From the NCBI GenBank assembly GCA_030754595.1, contig JASLZZ010000109.1, positions 1 to 64,000 on the forward strand: 64,000 bases of DNA. The letters are read 5' to 3'. Each line of letters begins with the position of its first letter. The stretch's first letter is position 1. The notes beneath the pieces are model-generated. The model had not been told where the DNA came from. It saw nothing but the letters and a program-made list of their open reading frames with translations, and did not search any database. A program made the translations under genes and the position numbers. Of this stretch, positions 44,479-54,572 are shown one piece after another. Source of the stretch: Nitrospinota bacterium (lineage in GTDB: Bacteria; UBA8248).

Positions 44479-44913
44479 CTACTTCTTGCGGTAGACAACT
44501 GCTGTTTTGGACTCTTTTTTGGCGGCGACTTCCTTACCCATGATGTGATTGAGCTTGGCTTCGAAATCGACCGGCGAGCAGGGCAGGACGACGAAATCGT
44601 CGACGCCCACCTGATGGGCCCGGACGACATCCTCCTTGGTGGGCGTGGACATCAGGAGAAGAATTTTCATATGAGGGCCGAACTCTTTGCGGATTCCCTC
44701 GACCGAGTCGAACGCTTCGGGGAAATTCCCGTCGATCAGGAAAATATCCCATTTTTTCGCGTGGGCGCGGATGTCGGCGATGGCTTCCTTAATCACGGTG
44801 TTCGTGCCGACCGTAGTGATGTCGCATCCCCGGAGCATGTCGCGGATGATGCGGATCATGAACTCCTCTTTCGCCGCGAAAATAACTCTCGGGGTTTTAT
44901 TGCCAATCGCCAT
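44479..44913 (-). CDS. Single-domain response regulator receiver (atypical)
   Basis: IFLIDGNFP, AHQVGVDDFVVLP; the conserved Lys is absent. Confidence 0.7.
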   Translation of the reverse strand: MAIGNKTPRVIFAAKEEFMIRIIRDMLRGCDITTVGTNTVIKEAIADIRAHAKKWDIFLIDGNFPEAFDSVEGIRKEFGPHMKILLLMSTPTKEDVVRAHQVGVDDFVVLPCSPVDFEAKLNHIMGKEVAAKKESKTAVVYRKK

Positions 44914-45065
44914 CGCGTCTCCCGAATCGAAAATGCTCCCGAAAACTAATTTTATTGATAAACGCAGCCTCCGATCAACCCGCTCCGGCCAGGATGATGA
45001 TAACCCCGCGGCTGATTACGGTTTCAGGCGAATCGGGGGGGCGCCGGACCATACCTTCCGCCCGG

Positions 45066-46103
45066 CTAGAGCCCCCGCAAGGCGGGCAGGATTTCCTCTC
45101 CGGCCAGTTGAAGCCGGTGCGGTTTTTTATCCACGTCGGGGATCGTCACGAGAATCCGCCTGACGCCCGCTTTTACGTATTCCTCAAGCCGCGCGGCGCA
45201 TTCCTCGGGCGCTCCCGTGATCACCCCCGAGTCGGGAACGACGGCGAAATTTTTCCGCTCGGTCTCGGCGTCGGCCGGGTTCCGCTCGGGGATGAGCATC
45301 AGCATCACCGAGGGGCGGAAGAGGTCCGGGTCCAGGCCCGCCTCCCGGCGGATTTCGGCCAGCTCCGGTATCCGCCGGGCGAACCGCTCGGGGGGCCACC
45401 ACCGGGAGTTGAATCCGTCGGCATGGCGCGCCGCCACCTCGAGGATCTTGTCGCCCTCCCCGCCGATCCAGACCGGCGGCGCGGGTTTCTGGAGCGGAGG
45501 GGGGTCGCAGTAGGCGTTTTCGATCCGGAAATATTCGCCCTGAAAGCTCGGAGCCGGATCGGTCCACATCCGGCGGATGAGCTGGACGGCCTCGGCGAGC
45601 TGGGCGATTCGCTCCGAGGGTTTCGGAAACGAATATCCGTAGGAGGCGTACTCGGGCGCGAGCCAGCCCGCTCCGATGCCGAACTCGAGGCGGCCGCCGC
45701 TGATGACATCGAGCGTCGCCGCCATCCGCCCGAGAAGGGCGGGGGGTCGGTAGCCCACGGCGTTGACCAGATGCCCGAGGCGGATGGTTGTCGTGTCGCG
45801 CGAGAGCGCCGAGACCGCCACCCAGCTGCCGAGGAGAGGGATCGCCACCGGGCCGGAGTCGACGCCCGACTGGTCGGCGCCCGACTGGTCGGCGCCCGAC
45901 TGATCTGCATCAGGGTCTCCCTTGCCCGAAATTTAGGCGTAGGCCTTCGGATTGACCGAGAAGAAGTGATCACACCGCCAGAGGGAGTGGAACCCCATCC
46001 GCTCGGCCTCGAGCGCCGCCTCGCGCATTTTCTCGTAGCTGCCGATGAAAAGCCCCCGGACGGTGAGGGAAAGTATCAGCCCCAGCTCGACCAGCGGCGC
46101 CAT
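45066..46103 (-). pseudogene. LLM-class (luciferase-like) oxidoreductase interrupted by an in-frame TAA
   Basis: ATG 46103 ...AERMGFHSLWRCDHF...AYA-TAA(45933-45935) in frame with ORF 45066-45848 (TLDVISGGRLEFGIGAGW, WIGG). Confidence 0.8.
45861..45908. repeat. 15-bp tandem repeat, about 3 copies, encoding ADQSG
   Basis: GACGCCCGACTGGTC GGCGCCCGACTGGTC GGCGCCCGACTGATC. Confidence 0.85.
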
Positions 46104-46136
46104 GAAATGCTCCTTTCAAAAAAAAAACGCTAAATT

Positions 46137-46820
46137 CTAAAATGGGGGCGCATCGCCCGGCCCCCAAAAAAACGGATCGATCAAATACCCCTCCCGCTCA
46201 ATTTGAACGGCGAGGGCGAGACCTTGGGCCGCCTTGAGGCGCTGGACGGTCCTGAGGTGAGTGAGCCCCTCCCAGTAGAGATGGCGGGCCATCCCGGCCA
46301 GGGAAAATGTAAACGCCGTCTCCTCCTCCGGGTCCTGCTCCAGGCCGTCCATGTGAAATGTCCCGGCATATGCCCAAAAGCGGCAGACCGGCAGATCGGA
46401 CTCGCCCATCATCATATCGGGCCTGAACTTTCTTCCGAGGACGAGGCGATGCTGCTCCTCATCGCTTCTTCCCTCGATCGCGCGGGCGGCCAGGGCGAAT
46501 GCCTCATCGAACTTCGGCACGAGATCCTCGAGCCGCCAAAATTTCTCCTCATCGAGCCTCCGGTCGTAAATGCCGGCCTTTGAGAAATCCACCGGGTCGG
46601 CAGGAGGATCGGCGGGCCACAGGATTTTCCCCCAGGCCTTCGACAGCCAGAAAAAATAGGCGAGCGCGACGTGGCTGATCTGGCGGCGAATGCTCCACAG
46701 GGACCACTCCTCGGAGGCGTCGTCCCAGTCCAGCTGCGCATCGGTGAGGCCTTCGATTTCCTTCAGGAACATTTCCCGGAGATTTTCGAAGTCCTGCCCC
46801 GTTTTGATCAATTTCGCCAT
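46137..46820 (-). CDS. DinB-like superfamily protein
   Basis: EIEGLTDAQLDW, WSIRRQISHV, H..WEG..H. Confidence 0.65.
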   Translation of the reverse strand: MAKLIKTGQDFENLREMFLKEIEGLTDAQLDWDDASEEWSLWSIRRQISHVALAYFFWLSKAWGKILWPADPPADPVDFSKAGIYDRRLDEEKFWRLEDLVPKFDEAFALAARAIEGRSDEEQHRLVLGRKFRPDMMMGESDLPVCRFWAYAGTFHMDGLEQDPEEETAFTFSLAGMARHLYWEGLTHLRTVQRLKAAQGLALAVQIEREGYLIDPFFWGPGDAPPF

Positions 46821-46903
46821 TTAAATCTCCATTCTCATTCTCAATTCCCGGAATTTTCACTCCCGGAGTTTCAACTCCCAAGCTATGGGCGGCGGACCGG
46901 GGG

Positions 46904-48442
46904 TCACGGTTTCCGCAGGTCCCGGCCCGTCATCTCGGGAGGCTGGCCGACGCCCATCAGGCCGAGCAGGGTCGGGGCCACATCGCAAAGCGCCCCGCCG
47001 CCCCGGAGCGGCCCACCATATCCCGGCGCGGCCACGACGCACGGGGTATCGTTCAGGGAGTGCGCGGTGTGGGGGCAGTCGTTTTCCTCATCCCACATCA
47101 CCTCGCAGTTACCGTGGTCGGCCGTGACGACGGCGGCGCCCCCCGCCCGATCGAGCGCCTCGAGGATACGCCCCAGACATGCGTCCACCGTCTCCACCGC
47201 CCGGACGGCTGCCTCCTCCACCCCGGTGTGGCCCACCATGTCGGGGTTGGCGAAGTTGAGGATGATGGCGTCGCCGGCCCCCTCCGCTACCGCGGCGAGC
47301 GCCGCCCGGGTGACGCCCTCGGCGCTCATCTCGGGCTGAAGATCGTAGGTCGCCACCTTCGGGGAGGGCACAAGTTCGCGCCGCTCGCCGGGGGGCGGCT
47401 CCTCGACGCCGCCGTTGAAAAAATAGGTGACGTGGGGATATTTCTCCGTTTCGGCGATCCTCAGCGAGGTTTTACCCGCCGAGGCGAGGGCATGGCAAAA
47501 GAGCCCCGTCATCTCGGCAGGAGGAAAGGCCACCGGCAGGCCGAACGATTCGGCGTATTCGGTCATGCAGGCGTAGTGAATCCGGGGGGGGGAGCCTCTC
47601 TCGAAACCATCGAAGCGCTCCGCCGTCAACGCGAGGGTGATCTGGCGGGCGCGGTCGGACCTGAAATTAAAGCAAATAACAGCGTCGCCGTCCCGAATCG
47701 GGCCGACGGGCGCGCCGCCCTCCCGAATCACACGGGGCTCGACGAATTCGTCGGTGACATCGCCGGCGTACGAATCCCGGAGCGCAGAGGGAGCGTCCCA
47801 GCACGAGATCCCCTCGCCGGAAACCATCGCGGCGTAGGCGCGTTTGGTCCTCTCCCAGCGCCGGTCGCGGTCCATGGCGTAATAGCGCCCAGAAACGGTG
47901 GCGACCCTCGCACCGGCGTCCCGTCCGAGATCGGCGGCGAATTTTTCGATGTATCCCAGACCCGCCCTCGGCGGGGTATCTCGTCCGTCCATATAGGCAT
48001 GGGCGTAAATGCGGTCCATCCCCTCCCGGCGCGCCAGCCGGGCGACGGCGACGCCGTGGTCCTGGCGGCTGTGGACCCCGCCGTCCGATACGAGGCCGAT
48101 GATGTGAAGGGCGCCGCCTTCGGCCCGGGCCGCGCGGACGGCGCCGAGCAGCGCGGCGGTTTCATAAAAAGACTCATCCTCGATCGACCGATCGATCCGG
48201 ACGATATCCTGATTCACGATCCGGCCCGCGCCGAGGTTGAGGTGGCCCACCTCGGAGTTGCCCATCTGGCCATCGGGCAACCCCACCGCGCGCGCGCAGG
48301 TCCTAAGTCGGGTATGAGGCCTCTCCGCGAGGAGGGCGTCCATCGTGGGGGTGCGGGCGATGGCGACGGCGTTGTGGGCGGGCGAATCCCCGAGCCCCCA
48401 ACCATCGAGCACTATCAACATTACGGGGCCAGGCAGGGTCAA
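46904..48442 (-). CDS. gpmI: 2,3-bisphosphoglycerate-independent phosphoglycerate mutase
   Basis: LDGWG, GQMGNSEVGH, DGRDT, GRYYAMDRD, AETEKYPHVT, NPDMVGHTG, TADHGN. Confidence 0.97.
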   Translation of the reverse strand: MTLPGPVMLIVLDGWGLGDSPAHNAVAIARTPTMDALLAERPHTRLRTCARAVGLPDGQMGNSEVGHLNLGAGRIVNQDIVRIDRSIEDESFYETAALLGAVRAARAEGGALHIIGLVSDGGVHSRQDHGVAVARLARREGMDRIYAHAYMDGRDTPPRAGLGYIEKFAADLGRDAGARVATVSGRYYAMDRDRRWERTKRAYAAMVSGEGISCWDAPSALRDSYAGDVTDEFVEPRVIREGGAPVGPIRDGDAVICFNFRSDRARQITLALTAERFDGFERGSPPRIHYACMTEYAESFGLPVAFPPAEMTGLFCHALASAGKTSLRIAETEKYPHVTYFFNGGVEEPPPGERRELVPSPKVATYDLQPEMSAEGVTRAALAAVAEGAGDAIILNFANPDMVGHTGVEEAAVRAVETVDACLGRILEALDRAGGAAVVTADHGNCEVMWDEENDCPHTAHSLNDTPCVVAAPGYGGPLRGGGALCDVAPTLLGLMGVGQPPEMTGRDLRKP

Positions 48443-48533
48443 TTTACCGAATCCATTCGCAATTAACCGGGGAAATTTTCGAGAGGATACGCCTGGCCTC
48501 GGGGCAGCGGGCGTTCCTTCTGAAATTCAGGTG

Positions 48534-49418
48534 TTATTCGAAGTCCGGATCGCGCAAAAAACGAAATAGTTTTTTATCCCAGTGCCAGTGCTCCTCGAAG
48601 GAGACCTTCCGGTCCGACTGGCGAGTTGTCCGGTTTTTGTATCGGATTTCGTTTTCGAACTCACGCTCTCCCTTCAGAATGATCGTCGCGGGATTTCCGT
48701 CTCCGTTGAAGCTCAGACGCATCCTTGCTTTCAGTATTTCGTTCCGGGTGATGGTGCGGTCCTTGGCCTTATCCTTCACCGGCGGCCAAACGAACCGCCC
48801 CCGGAGGCGGCCGACCAAGACCAGATCGAACTGCCGTTTCCCGTTGGGTTTGATAATTCGAACGGAATCGACGAACCGGCCCGCCCGGTCGTCCTTGGCA
48901 TGGATGATAATCTCGCTGCCCCCGTCCGCCGTTAAATCCACGAGTTGGAAAGTGAGCGGTTTCTGGTAGCTGATTTCGCTGTAGGACGAAAGCGGGGTGC
49001 GCCCCCGCTTCTCGTCGTCCACGAGACAGAAGGTGGCGAAATTCACCTTTCCCGAATCCGACTGAACGACGATCAGCGTCTCGACCTCCGGATCGCCATC
49101 CATGTTCACCGGTATAAAGTCCGCCGTGAACGCATATTTTTCAAGATGGCCCGAGGAGAGGTACCAGGGCCATTCCACCTCAGAGTAGGGACAGTTCTCA
49201 AACCCCTCGAGCTGGCGCGCCCGATCGCTCGAGTACAGCTTTCGCACGATCAGCCAATCGGAGGAGCGCTCAAGTCTCTTGATATGTGCGACGAGGCGGC
49301 TCCGCCTGCGCTCGCCCGGGGATTGAAACCGGTCGGCCTGAGCCGCCCAGGTGGACGCCGCCAGGATCGCGGCCAGGAAGAGCGCCCTGAAGCAGGCAGA
49401 CACAAAGCGCCGGGACAT
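48534..49418 (-). CDS. Exported hypothetical protein
   Basis: Signal peptide; NMDGDPEVE and DLTADGGSE (FG-GAP-like) loops. Confidence 0.7.
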   Translation of the reverse strand: MSRRFVSACFRALFLAAILAASTWAAQADRFQSPGERRRSRLVAHIKRLERSSDWLIVRKLYSSDRARQLEGFENCPYSEVEWPWYLSSGHLEKYAFTADFIPVNMDGDPEVETLIVVQSDSGKVNFATFCLVDDEKRGRTPLSSYSEISYQKPLTFQLVDLTADGGSEIIIHAKDDRAGRFVDSVRIIKPNGKRQFDLVLVGRLRGRFVWPPVKDKAKDRTITRNEILKARMRLSFNGDGNPATIILKGEREFENEIRYKNRTTRQSDRKVSFEEHWHWDKKLFRFLRDPDFE

Positions 49419-49744
49419 TCTCGGAATCCTTCTCGATGAAACAGCCCTCGGGCGTGAAGCTGTTTCGGGCTCGCCCCTCGGCTCAATTTTCTGACGTACG
49501 CCTCAGGGCGTGATCAAGGCCTTCAATGTACCCTTTTTTCGGGCACGTTCAAGCGCTTTCACCTCTTCGGCGAGGGGGTGGCGGGCGTCCGCCAGCGGAG
49601 CGATCCAGAGCCCTCCCCGCGCCAGGGTGTCCGGCGCGAGAGGACAAGGCCCCGGCTTATCGAACCAAAGGGCTGGCAACTTTCAACTTTAATTGAATAA
49701 ACGGCCCGGGAGAGAAGGCGGCGGGACCCGCGGGCGGCTGACAC

Positions 49745-50224
49745 CTATCCGCCGTTTTCGGCTTTTTCTTTTTCCTGGGCCAGAAAAAGGGGACAACGCC
49801 TGAAGGTGGCCAGGCAAAACTCACGCTGTCTCTGCGCCGGAACCAGGGAGAAGGGGAGGACAATCGTCCGGAGGAGTTTTTTTTCACGCGATTCCTCCCC
49901 GTAGCAGACATTGCTCACGGCGGGATAGTCGATAACCTTGCTTCGGGTCTTTCGGCCGCCCAGGTAAGGACAATATTTGGTCTTGGCGCTCAGACTCGTC
50001 GGAGTGCTCAGGCTTTTACCACCGCCGGCGGTCCCCTGGAGAACCGACTTTCTGATCTTGGAAACCGGAGAGGCCTGGGCGGGAGACCCGATCGAGGAGG
50101 CAGCCGCGACAAACGAAACCCCGCCCATGTCGCCGTCCTGGTTTTTCGGGGCAGGAGCCGCCGGATTCCCTGATTTCCGCTTCCGGTCATCATTGTCTTT
50201 TACTAAATCGACCATCCGGACCAT
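49745..50224 (-). CDS. Hypothetical protein with C-terminal four-Cys domain
   Basis: YCPYLG...NVCY...EFCLATFRRCPLF. Confidence 0.7.
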   Translation of the reverse strand: MVRMVDLVKDNDDRKRKSGNPAAPAPKNQDGDMGGVSFVAAASSIGSPAQASPVSKIRKSVLQGTAGGGKSLSTPTSLSAKTKYCPYLGGRKTRSKVIDYPAVSNVCYGEESREKKLLRTIVLPFSLVPAQRQREFCLATFRRCPLFLAQEKEKAENGG

Positions 50225-50381
50225 GGGTTCTCCACTTTACTTCATAAAACGACATTTTTCTATGAAATTCCGATAACCTCCTCTAGCCGAAGAATAATAA
50301 ATATTCCTAAAATAATCAAGGTAATTCACCTGAATATATATTTGAGAGGTACAAAGCGGAAATATAGAAGGGTGCCGGCCT

Positions 50382-51977
50382 TCAGGGCCGGAGGCTCTGC
50401 CCGCCCGGCACCTGGGCTTGAGAGATTCCTCTCGCCTGGCGGGCCATCCGGGACTGAACCTGAAGGGCGGTGAGGCGAAGCACTTCGACGACAGCGCTTT
50501 TGGTTTTCTTGAGGGTGCGAAGCGCCACCTGCAGGGCATCATCGTCGTCCCCGAAGGTGGGGTCATCGAGCCTTTTGGGCAGTTTGCGGGGCTGTTTTTT
50601 AGGCTTCTGGATCTTGGCCCGATCCTTTTTCTCCGGGTTCGGGGGCGGCCCCGCCTCGATGTCGGGGCTGATCCCCTTTCCGTGAATCTCGACACCCAGC
50701 GGCGTGTAGTACTTGGCCGTTGTCATGCGGATCCCGGATCCACCGCTGATGGGGATAATGGTCTGCACCGATCCCTTGCCGAAAGTTTTTCGGCCTATTA
50801 ACAGGCCGCGATCCAGATCCTTGACGGCGCCGGCCACGATCTCCGAGGCGCTCGCGCTTCCCCGGTTCACGAGAACCATTAGCGGTTTCCTGGACCAGAC
50901 CCCGGTTCCGTGGGTGCGGAAATACATGGTCTGGCTCCGGTGGCGGCCCCGCGTGAAGACCACCATGCTCCTCTCCGGAAGGAAGCGCTCCGCCACACGG
51001 ACCGACTGGCGAAGGAGGCCGCCCGGGTTGTTCCTCAGATCGAGAATCAGGCTCCGGGCCCCGGCGTTGCGGAGGCGCCGCATCGCCGATCCCATCTCGT
51101 CGGAGGTCCGCTCGTGAAACGCCGATAGCCGGATGTAGCCGACATCGTCTTTCATCACGCGGGATTTCACGCTCCGAATCTGAATGATGGCCCGGACCAC
51201 GACAAACTCTCTCGGGGCCGGCCACCCCTTGCGCGAAATACCCAGCCGCACGGCCGTGCCCGGCGGGCCGCGCATTTTCATCACCGCCTCGGTGAGCGAC
51301 CATTCTTCGGTGGACTCTCCGTTGACCAGCGAAATAACGTCTTCGGGCTTGAGCCCCGCCTCGTAGGCCGGGGTTTCCTCAATCGGGGAGACGATGGTGA
51401 TCTTTTTGTCGCGCGCGGTGATCGTAATCCCCAGCCCGCCGTAGCGCCCAGTGGTCTCCACCTGCATCTCGCGGAAAACCTCGGGCGGCAAAAACGCGCT
51501 GAACGGGTCCAGGGAATTGAGCATCGCCCCCAACGAGAGATACATCGCCTTGAGATCGGCGCCTTCTCCGCGGCCTGCCGCCGCTTTCGACATGGCGAAG
51601 CGGTAGGCCTCCTCCATGGCGGAAAGCACTTCGGGGCCCCGGCCGCCGAAGCGCACCGCCATCTCCTCGTCCCCGCTCCTCAGGGCAAACCGGCCAGCGT
51701 CCTTGCGGATGACTTCCAGGCGCTCTTTCCCGACGGCCCGCTGAAGGCCCTTGAGACCCGCGCCGAAGGCCTTGGCGAGGTTGGGGAGGGAGACGTAGTT
51801 TTCCTCGATCTGCGCGACCGTCTCGCGGAGGAGCCGGACGGCTCGGGTCTGCTCCTCCGTCAGGTCCGGCAGGCGGCTCGGAGTGCTGGCCGGGGCATAG
51901 GAGATCAGGATGAGCGCAAAAACGGCCGCGAAAAGTAGGCCCGCCGGCCAGCGCTGGCGCAAACGCTTCAAATCCAC
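50382..51977 (-). CDS. S41 family carboxy-terminal processing protease (CtpA/Prc-like)
   Basis: GGLGI PDZ domain, DLRNNPGG, SASASEIVAG, TFGKGSVQ. Confidence 0.95.
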   Translation of the reverse strand: MDLKRLRQRWPAGLLFAAVFALILISYAPASTPSRLPDLTEEQTRAVRLLRETVAQIEENYVSLPNLAKAFGAGLKGLQRAVGKERLEVIRKDAGRFALRSGDEEMAVRFGGRGPEVLSAMEEAYRFAMSKAAAGRGEGADLKAMYLSLGAMLNSLDPFSAFLPPEVFREMQVETTGRYGGLGITITARDKKITIVSPIEETPAYEAGLKPEDVISLVNGESTEEWSLTEAVMKMRGPPGTAVRLGISRKGWPAPREFVVVRAIIQIRSVKSRVMKDDVGYIRLSAFHERTSDEMGSAMRRLRNAGARSLILDLRNNPGGLLRQSVRVAERFLPERSMVVFTRGRHRSQTMYFRTHGTGVWSRKPLMVLVNRGSASASEIVAGAVKDLDRGLLIGRKTFGKGSVQTIIPISGGSGIRMTTAKYYTPLGVEIHGKGISPDIEAGPPPNPEKKDRAKIQKPKKQPRKLPKRLDDPTFGDDDDALQVALRTLKKTKSAVVEVLRLTALQVQSRMARQARGISQAQVPGGQSLRP

Positions 51978-52186
51978 CTGGTTTCCCCTCCGGTCAACAA
52001 TTCGCGATTATCCGACACCCCGAAAACCGCCGGGGCGCCCGGACCGCCAGAATCCAAAAAGGCCTTCAAAATCATATAGATTTGGAAGGATGACGATCAT
52101 ACGTAGGATCGGGCGGGGAAATCAAGGGAAAACCGAGCCGGGGGCCGCCCGCCATTCTAAAGCGGCGAATGGCCCCCGGTGGCGGG

Positions 52187-52633
52187 TTAATCGGGGTTTC
52201 GCATCACCAATACAGGGCAATGCGCGTGGCGGATCACGTTCTCGGCGACGCTGCCCATGAAGAAGCGTGTCAGACCGGTTCGCCCGTGCGTCGCCATGAC
52301 GATCAGGTCGAAATCCCCCCTCTCGGCCGTCTCGTTGATGACCGTGGCGGGCTCGCCCCAGACAAGACACTTTCCGGCCTTCTCCGATACGCAGGCCTTC
52401 AGCATCATATCGTCGAGCAACCTTTCGGCGTCCATCTGGATATCGCCCTTGACCTTTTTCCAGTCGATATACACCTCGTAGGGAACCGATGACTGGGGCT
52501 CGACCATGATGTGCACCACGGTAAGCTTCGCGCCCCGAAGCCCGGCTATCTCCGCTGCGGAAATCAGCGCCTCCCGGCTGAACTCGGAAAAATCGACCGG
52601 CACCAGAATTTTTTTCGGCTCAAACTTTCCCAT
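52187..52633 (-). CDS. Universal stress protein
   Basis: ILVPVDFS, MATHGRTG, MGSVAENV. Confidence 0.93.
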   Translation of the reverse strand: MGKFEPKKILVPVDFSEFSREALISAAEIAGLRGAKLTVVHIMVEPQSSVPYEVYIDWKKVKGDIQMDAERLLDDMMLKACVSEKAGKCLVWGEPATVINETAERGDFDLIVMATHGRTGLTRFFMGSVAENVIRHAHCPVLVMRNPD

Positions 52634-52653
52634 GGCTGCCTCCTTTCCTTCGC

Positions 52654-53115
52654 TCACGCGGCCGAAGCCGGCTGCCTCATTTCTCCGGCCCGCTTTCCGG
52701 CGGCCCGGAACAGGAGAACCGGAACGCCGGCTCCCCGGAGAACTTTTTCGGCCACGCTCCCCATCATGAGGCGGGCGGGCCCCGTCCTCCCGTGGGTCGC
52801 CATCGCCAGAAGATCGAAGTCACCGCGCGTCAGGTGGCCCAGTATCTCCTCGGCCGGAAACCCGTACCGCACAGTGGTTAGCGCCTTGACCCCGTCCGCT
52901 TTGAGATCCTTCCTGACTTTCTCGAGGTAGCCTTAGGCCTCTTCGGTCACTTTGATCTGGGCCTCCGTCGGGTCCACGCCCGGAAACACCAGCGCGAAAA
53001 CCACCCGGAGGAGGGTGACCTCTGAGTCGTGGAAAGCGGCGATTTTACGGACTTCCTCGAGCGTCTCTTCGGCGAGCTTCGACCCGTCCAGGGGAACCAG
53101 AATTTTTTCGAACAT
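52654..53115 (-). pseudogene. Universal stress protein interrupted by an in-frame TAA
   Basis: MFEKILVPLDGS...VTEEA-TAA(52933-52935)-GYLEKV...MATHGRTG in one frame. Confidence 0.85.
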
Positions 53116-53146
53116 TTTCTCCTCCTTCGGCGATACGAATCGCCCG

Positions 53147-53605
53147 CTAGATAATCGCCTTGGCAAGCGATGCCTCGCTCAACGTGAGCATGGGCACCGG
53201 GGACACCGCCACGAGCTTCTCCACAACACTGCCCATCAGGGTGTGGGAGATTCCCTGCCGCCCATGCGTCGCTATCACGACGAAATCGATATCGTGGAGA
53301 CGAATCGCGTGGAGTATCTCCTCGTGGGGATCGCCGGCGACGATATGCTCCTCGTGCTCCAGCCCGGCGAGGCCGATTTCCAGGACGGCCTCCTCGACCA
53401 TCGACTGCGCCTTGACGGAGGTTTCGGCCCGCATGGAATCCCAGTCCTTCCCTTCCCTGGCGTATACTTCCACCGTTTCAGGGGGAACGACGTGGAGGGT
53501 GATGAGTTTGGCCCCGAATATATTAGCCATCGTGGTGGCCCACCTGAGTTCCTCGAGGCTGCGCCCCGAAAAGTCGATGGGGGCGAGGATTTTTCTTATC
53601 TCCAT
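53147..53605 (-). CDS. Universal stress protein
   Basis: KILAPIDFS, IATHGRQG, MGSVVEK. Confidence 0.92.
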   Translation of the reverse strand: MEIRKILAPIDFSGRSLEELRWATTMANIFGAKLITLHVVPPETVEVYAREGKDWDSMRAETSVKAQSMVEEAVLEIGLAGLEHEEHIVAGDPHEEILHAIRLHDIDFVVIATHGRQGISHTLMGSVVEKLVAVSPVPMLTLSEASLAKAII

Positions 53606-53657
53606 CGCAATTCCTCCCGGAAACTGAATTAGGCCCACGTCTCTATCTTAATCAGAG

Positions 53658-53672
53658 GCAATTCATGTGCCA
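53658..53672 (-). promoter_or_regulatory. Sigma-54 (-24/-12) promoter
   Basis: TGGCAC-ATGAA-TTGC matches TGGCAC-N5-TTGC, about 50 nt upstream of the first USP start. Confidence 0.8.
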
Positions 53673-53855
53673 GAGCACAGCCAGAGCACAGGGAAAACCT
53701 GACAAGCCTATACTGTTGATATTATTTACCTTATCTGATAGCGGGCGGCAGCTCTGGGCCGGGGCGGGCGCCGTGTGCGGCAATTCGCCCCATAGACGCC
53801 CCGAATTGGGGCGGATGAGTGGCGCGCCGAAAAACCTCCCCGGAGGGGGGAAATC

Positions 53856-54530
53856 ATGTTCTCCATTGTGGTTCCGGTGCTGAACGAGGCCGAAAGGCTG
53901 GGGGTTTTCCTCGATTCGCTCGAATCCCAGCCGGGCGAGCCCGAGGTGATTGTCTCGGACGGCGGAAGCCGGGACGGCACCGCCGAAATCGCCGGGCGAA
54001 GCGCCCGGCTCGTCTCCGCGCCGCCCGGCCGGGCCTCCCAGATGAACGCCGGCGCGGCGGCCGCGAAGGGGGAGATTATTCTTTTCCTCCACTGCGACAC
54101 GCTCCTGCCGCCCGGCGCCCTCGCGCTCATCGAGGAGGCGATGCGGGACACCGCCGCTGTAGGAGGCGGCTTCACGCACCGCTTCGACAGAAGTGACAGG
54201 TTCAGCCGCTTCATCAGTCTGAGCGCCAACGTCAGGTCGCGCGTCTGGAAGCTGTTCTTCGGGGATCAGGCCATCTTCGTGCGGCGGGATGTGTTCGAGA
54301 ATATGGGGGGATACCCCGCGCTTCCCCTGTTCGAGGATTGGGACTTCAGCGCCCGGCTGCGCGGGGCGGGAAACGTCGTCCTGATCGAGTCGCCCATCAC
54401 CACCAGCGGCAGGCGCATCGAGGTCTGGGGAAAGTGGCGGTGTTTTTATCTCTGGTGGGGGCTCAGCATTCTCTACGCCCTGGGCGTCCCGCCCGAAAGG
54501 CTCGCGCGGTTTTACGGGAATGTAAGGTAG
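53856..54530 (+). CDS. Family 2 glycosyltransferase (TIGR04283-like)
   Basis: SIVVPVLNE, DGGSRD, GRASQMNAGA, FLHCD, GDQAIF, TSGRR. Confidence 0.88.
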   Translation: MFSIVVPVLNEAERLGVFLDSLESQPGEPEVIVSDGGSRDGTAEIAGRSARLVSAPPGRASQMNAGAAAAKGEIILFLHCDTLLPPGALALIEEAMRDTAAVGGGFTHRFDRSDRFSRFISLSANVRSRVWKLFFGDQAIFVRRDVFENMGGYPALPLFEDWDFSARLRGAGNVVLIESPITTSGRRIEVWGKWRCFYLWWGLSILYALGVPPERLARFYGNVR

Positions 54531-54572
54531 TGGTCTCCCATGAGGAGACCACTATCCGGGCCGAAAGGACTC

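Noticed and set aside
49503..49679. 58-aa minus-strand ORF with TTG start between two hypothetical genes
   Set aside because: No recognisable motif or RBS; cannot be distinguished from chance
52933..52935. In-frame stops in the USP and LLM genes as programmed recoding
   Set aside because: They are TAA, not TGA/TAG, and not at catalytic Cys positions; nonsense mutation or sequence error is more parsimonious
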